From an uncultured Fidelibacterota bacterium (lineage in GTDB: Bacteria; Fidelibacterota; Marinisomatia; Marinisomatales; UBA1611), in assembly GCA_937893835.1 (NCBI GenBank), contig CALCSS010000024.1:1-62854 (forward strand): a stretch of 62,854 nt of DNA, read 5' to 3'. The position numbers and the translations under genes are program-made. The notes below the pieces were generated by a model. It saw only the letters and a program-made list of their open reading frames with translations, searched no databases and was not told the DNA's origin. This document shows, in pieces, positions 62,012 through 62,854 of this stretch (position 1 is its first letter; the number at the start of each line of letters is the position of its first letter).

Positions 62012-62854
62012 TCAATGATCCAATACCGGCCAGTTGGATATGATATCCCTTGCCAGTTTACCTGCTTCTGTCAGATCATCTTCATTCCAACTGCCCTCAG
62101 TGCTAGCACCAGGAACAAGAATGGACCATTCTTCCTCTTTATCATTTACAGCCCAGTTACAGTGAATGATCTTATTGGTGAAGCACCAGGTCATCCAGTC
62201 ATTTGCCTCTGGGTCGACAAGACTATATCCAATTGAGCCCCACTCGGTCACAAAGATGGGTATTCCACTCTCTAGTGCCGCACTCGCTCTATCTCTAAGC
62301 CATTGATGGTGAAAGATAGTATAAAAATGAAGTGTATAGGCAATGTTTGAGAATTGGACGATGGGGTCAGCAGCGGCAAGATCCACCCTTTGAGACCATT
62401 CAGGTGTACCAACTACGATGAGATTATCAGAATCAATGCTTCTAATTGCAGATGTTACAGCAAGCGCATAGGGCTTGATCGTGTTACTCCATGAGATGTC
62501 CAATGGCTCATTGTATAATTCATAGATCACATTGTCATACTCACCATAAAGAGTTGCCATCTCCTCAAAGAAGGCGACGGCCTCTTCTTGGTGGTCCTCT
62601 GCGTGGTGGGAGTGCCAATCAATGATGACATATATTCCTTGTTCAATGGCGGCCTCCACGACCACCTTGACACGGTTCTTGTTTCCTATCTTATTATCAA
62701 GATAGCCACCAGGGTCCTCAACTCCCATTGCCGCCCGGACAATGGTGGTATTCCAATCCTCTTTTAACCAGGAGACAACATTGCTTCTGTAAAAATGTTG
62801 ACCACCCCAATTATCGTTACTCCAAAAAAAACTATTTCCTGCAAGAGAAACGGC
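62012..62854 (-). CDS. GH5 endoglucanase (cellulase family), 5'-partial, runs off the window
   Basis: The frame stays open beyond the track's Met to the window edge ('...NSFFWSNDNWGGQHFYRSNVVSWLKEDWNTTIVRAAMGV'). Acid/base 'ELYNEP'. Nucleophile 'FVTEWGS'. Confidence 0.8.
   Translation of the reverse strand, partial: AVSLAGNSFFWSNDNWGGQHFYRSNVVSWLKEDWNTTIVRAAMGVEDPGGYLDNKIGNKNRVKVVVEAAIEQGIYVIIDWHSHHAEDHQEEAVAFFEEMATLYGEYDNVIYELYNEPLDISWSNTIKPYALAVTSAIRSIDSDNLIVVGTPEWSQRVDLAAADPIVQFSNIAYTLHFYTIFHHQWLRDRASAALESGIPIFVTEWGSIGYSLVDPEANDWMTWCFTNKIIHCNWAVNDKEEEWSILVPGASTEGSWNEDDLTEAGKLARDIISNWPVLDH

Noticed and set aside
1-62854. Alternative genetic code (TGA as sense for Gly or Trp) as an explanation for the two in-frame TGAs.
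   Set aside because: TGA clearly terminates several complete genes whose ends are defined by conserved C-termini or coupled ATGA-type overlaps, for example 27182-27184, 32570-32572 and 45277-45279.
1-62854. Search by eye for CRISPR arrays, tRNA/rRNA genes, transposases, integrases, toxin-antitoxin pairs or known defence genes.
   Set aside because: None found. The longer intergenic regions (41141-41349, 55002-55197, 56794-57098, 49598-49715) show no tRNA-like arms or direct-repeat arrays. The recurrent 'PNPFNP...ILLK' module is repeated at protein level only, and the DNA copies are diverged.

Overview
Densely coding, low-GC bacterial chromosome segment. By eye on a few 60-nt lines it is about 32-40% GC, rising to about 50% locally. 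It looks like an uncultured marine member of the FCB superphylum that exports proteins through a type IX secretion system (T9SS). Eight proteins end in the same 80-85 aa C-terminal sorting domain (CTD: 'PNPFNP...W....G..V.SG.Y.....K(M/I)ILLK'). Four outer-membrane TonB-dependent-receptor (TBDR)-like barrels begin with a CarboxypepD_reg module, and there is no SusD homolog. The core is a divergently organised beta-glucan (laminarin / mixed-linkage glucan) utilisation locus. Its minus arm holds a LacI regulator, an ExoI-type GH3, a CotH/LTD protein, a TBDR and a 1584-aa CapA-domain protein. Its plus arm holds a Na+/solute symporter, a CBM-rich surface protein, a TBDR, a 1169-aa surface protein, a PorV-like barrel, a SurA-like chaperone, three GH16 and one GH5. 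Downstream lie an acidic repeat lipoprotein, a further TBDR module, a GH18, propeller proteins, a His-rich putative metal-uptake module with a fourth TBDR, ABC-F, an AphA-like phosphatase, a cytochrome-c/YceI/beta-barrel triad, a Cu/Zn-type efflux permease with an HMA domain, an AlkB-type hydroxylase and a partial GH5. The strongest finding is that two ORF pairs in the track are each one gene interrupted by an in-frame TGA. In both, the TGA sits exactly at the first Cys of a thioredoxin-fold CxxC motif (U-PYC at 41521, U-PVC at 51114), and both proteins carry export signals, so they are candidate exported selenoproteins. Other notable points are: a PorV-like barrel and a giant CTD-variant protein translationally coupled to a TBDR inside the glycan operon; a canonical EF-hand pair inserted into the GH3; a relic CTD fragment; and a TBDR whose signal peptide has no canonical start codon and is spanned by a perfect 12-bp hairpin. 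I recognised no rRNA, tRNA, CRISPR array, transposase or integrase.
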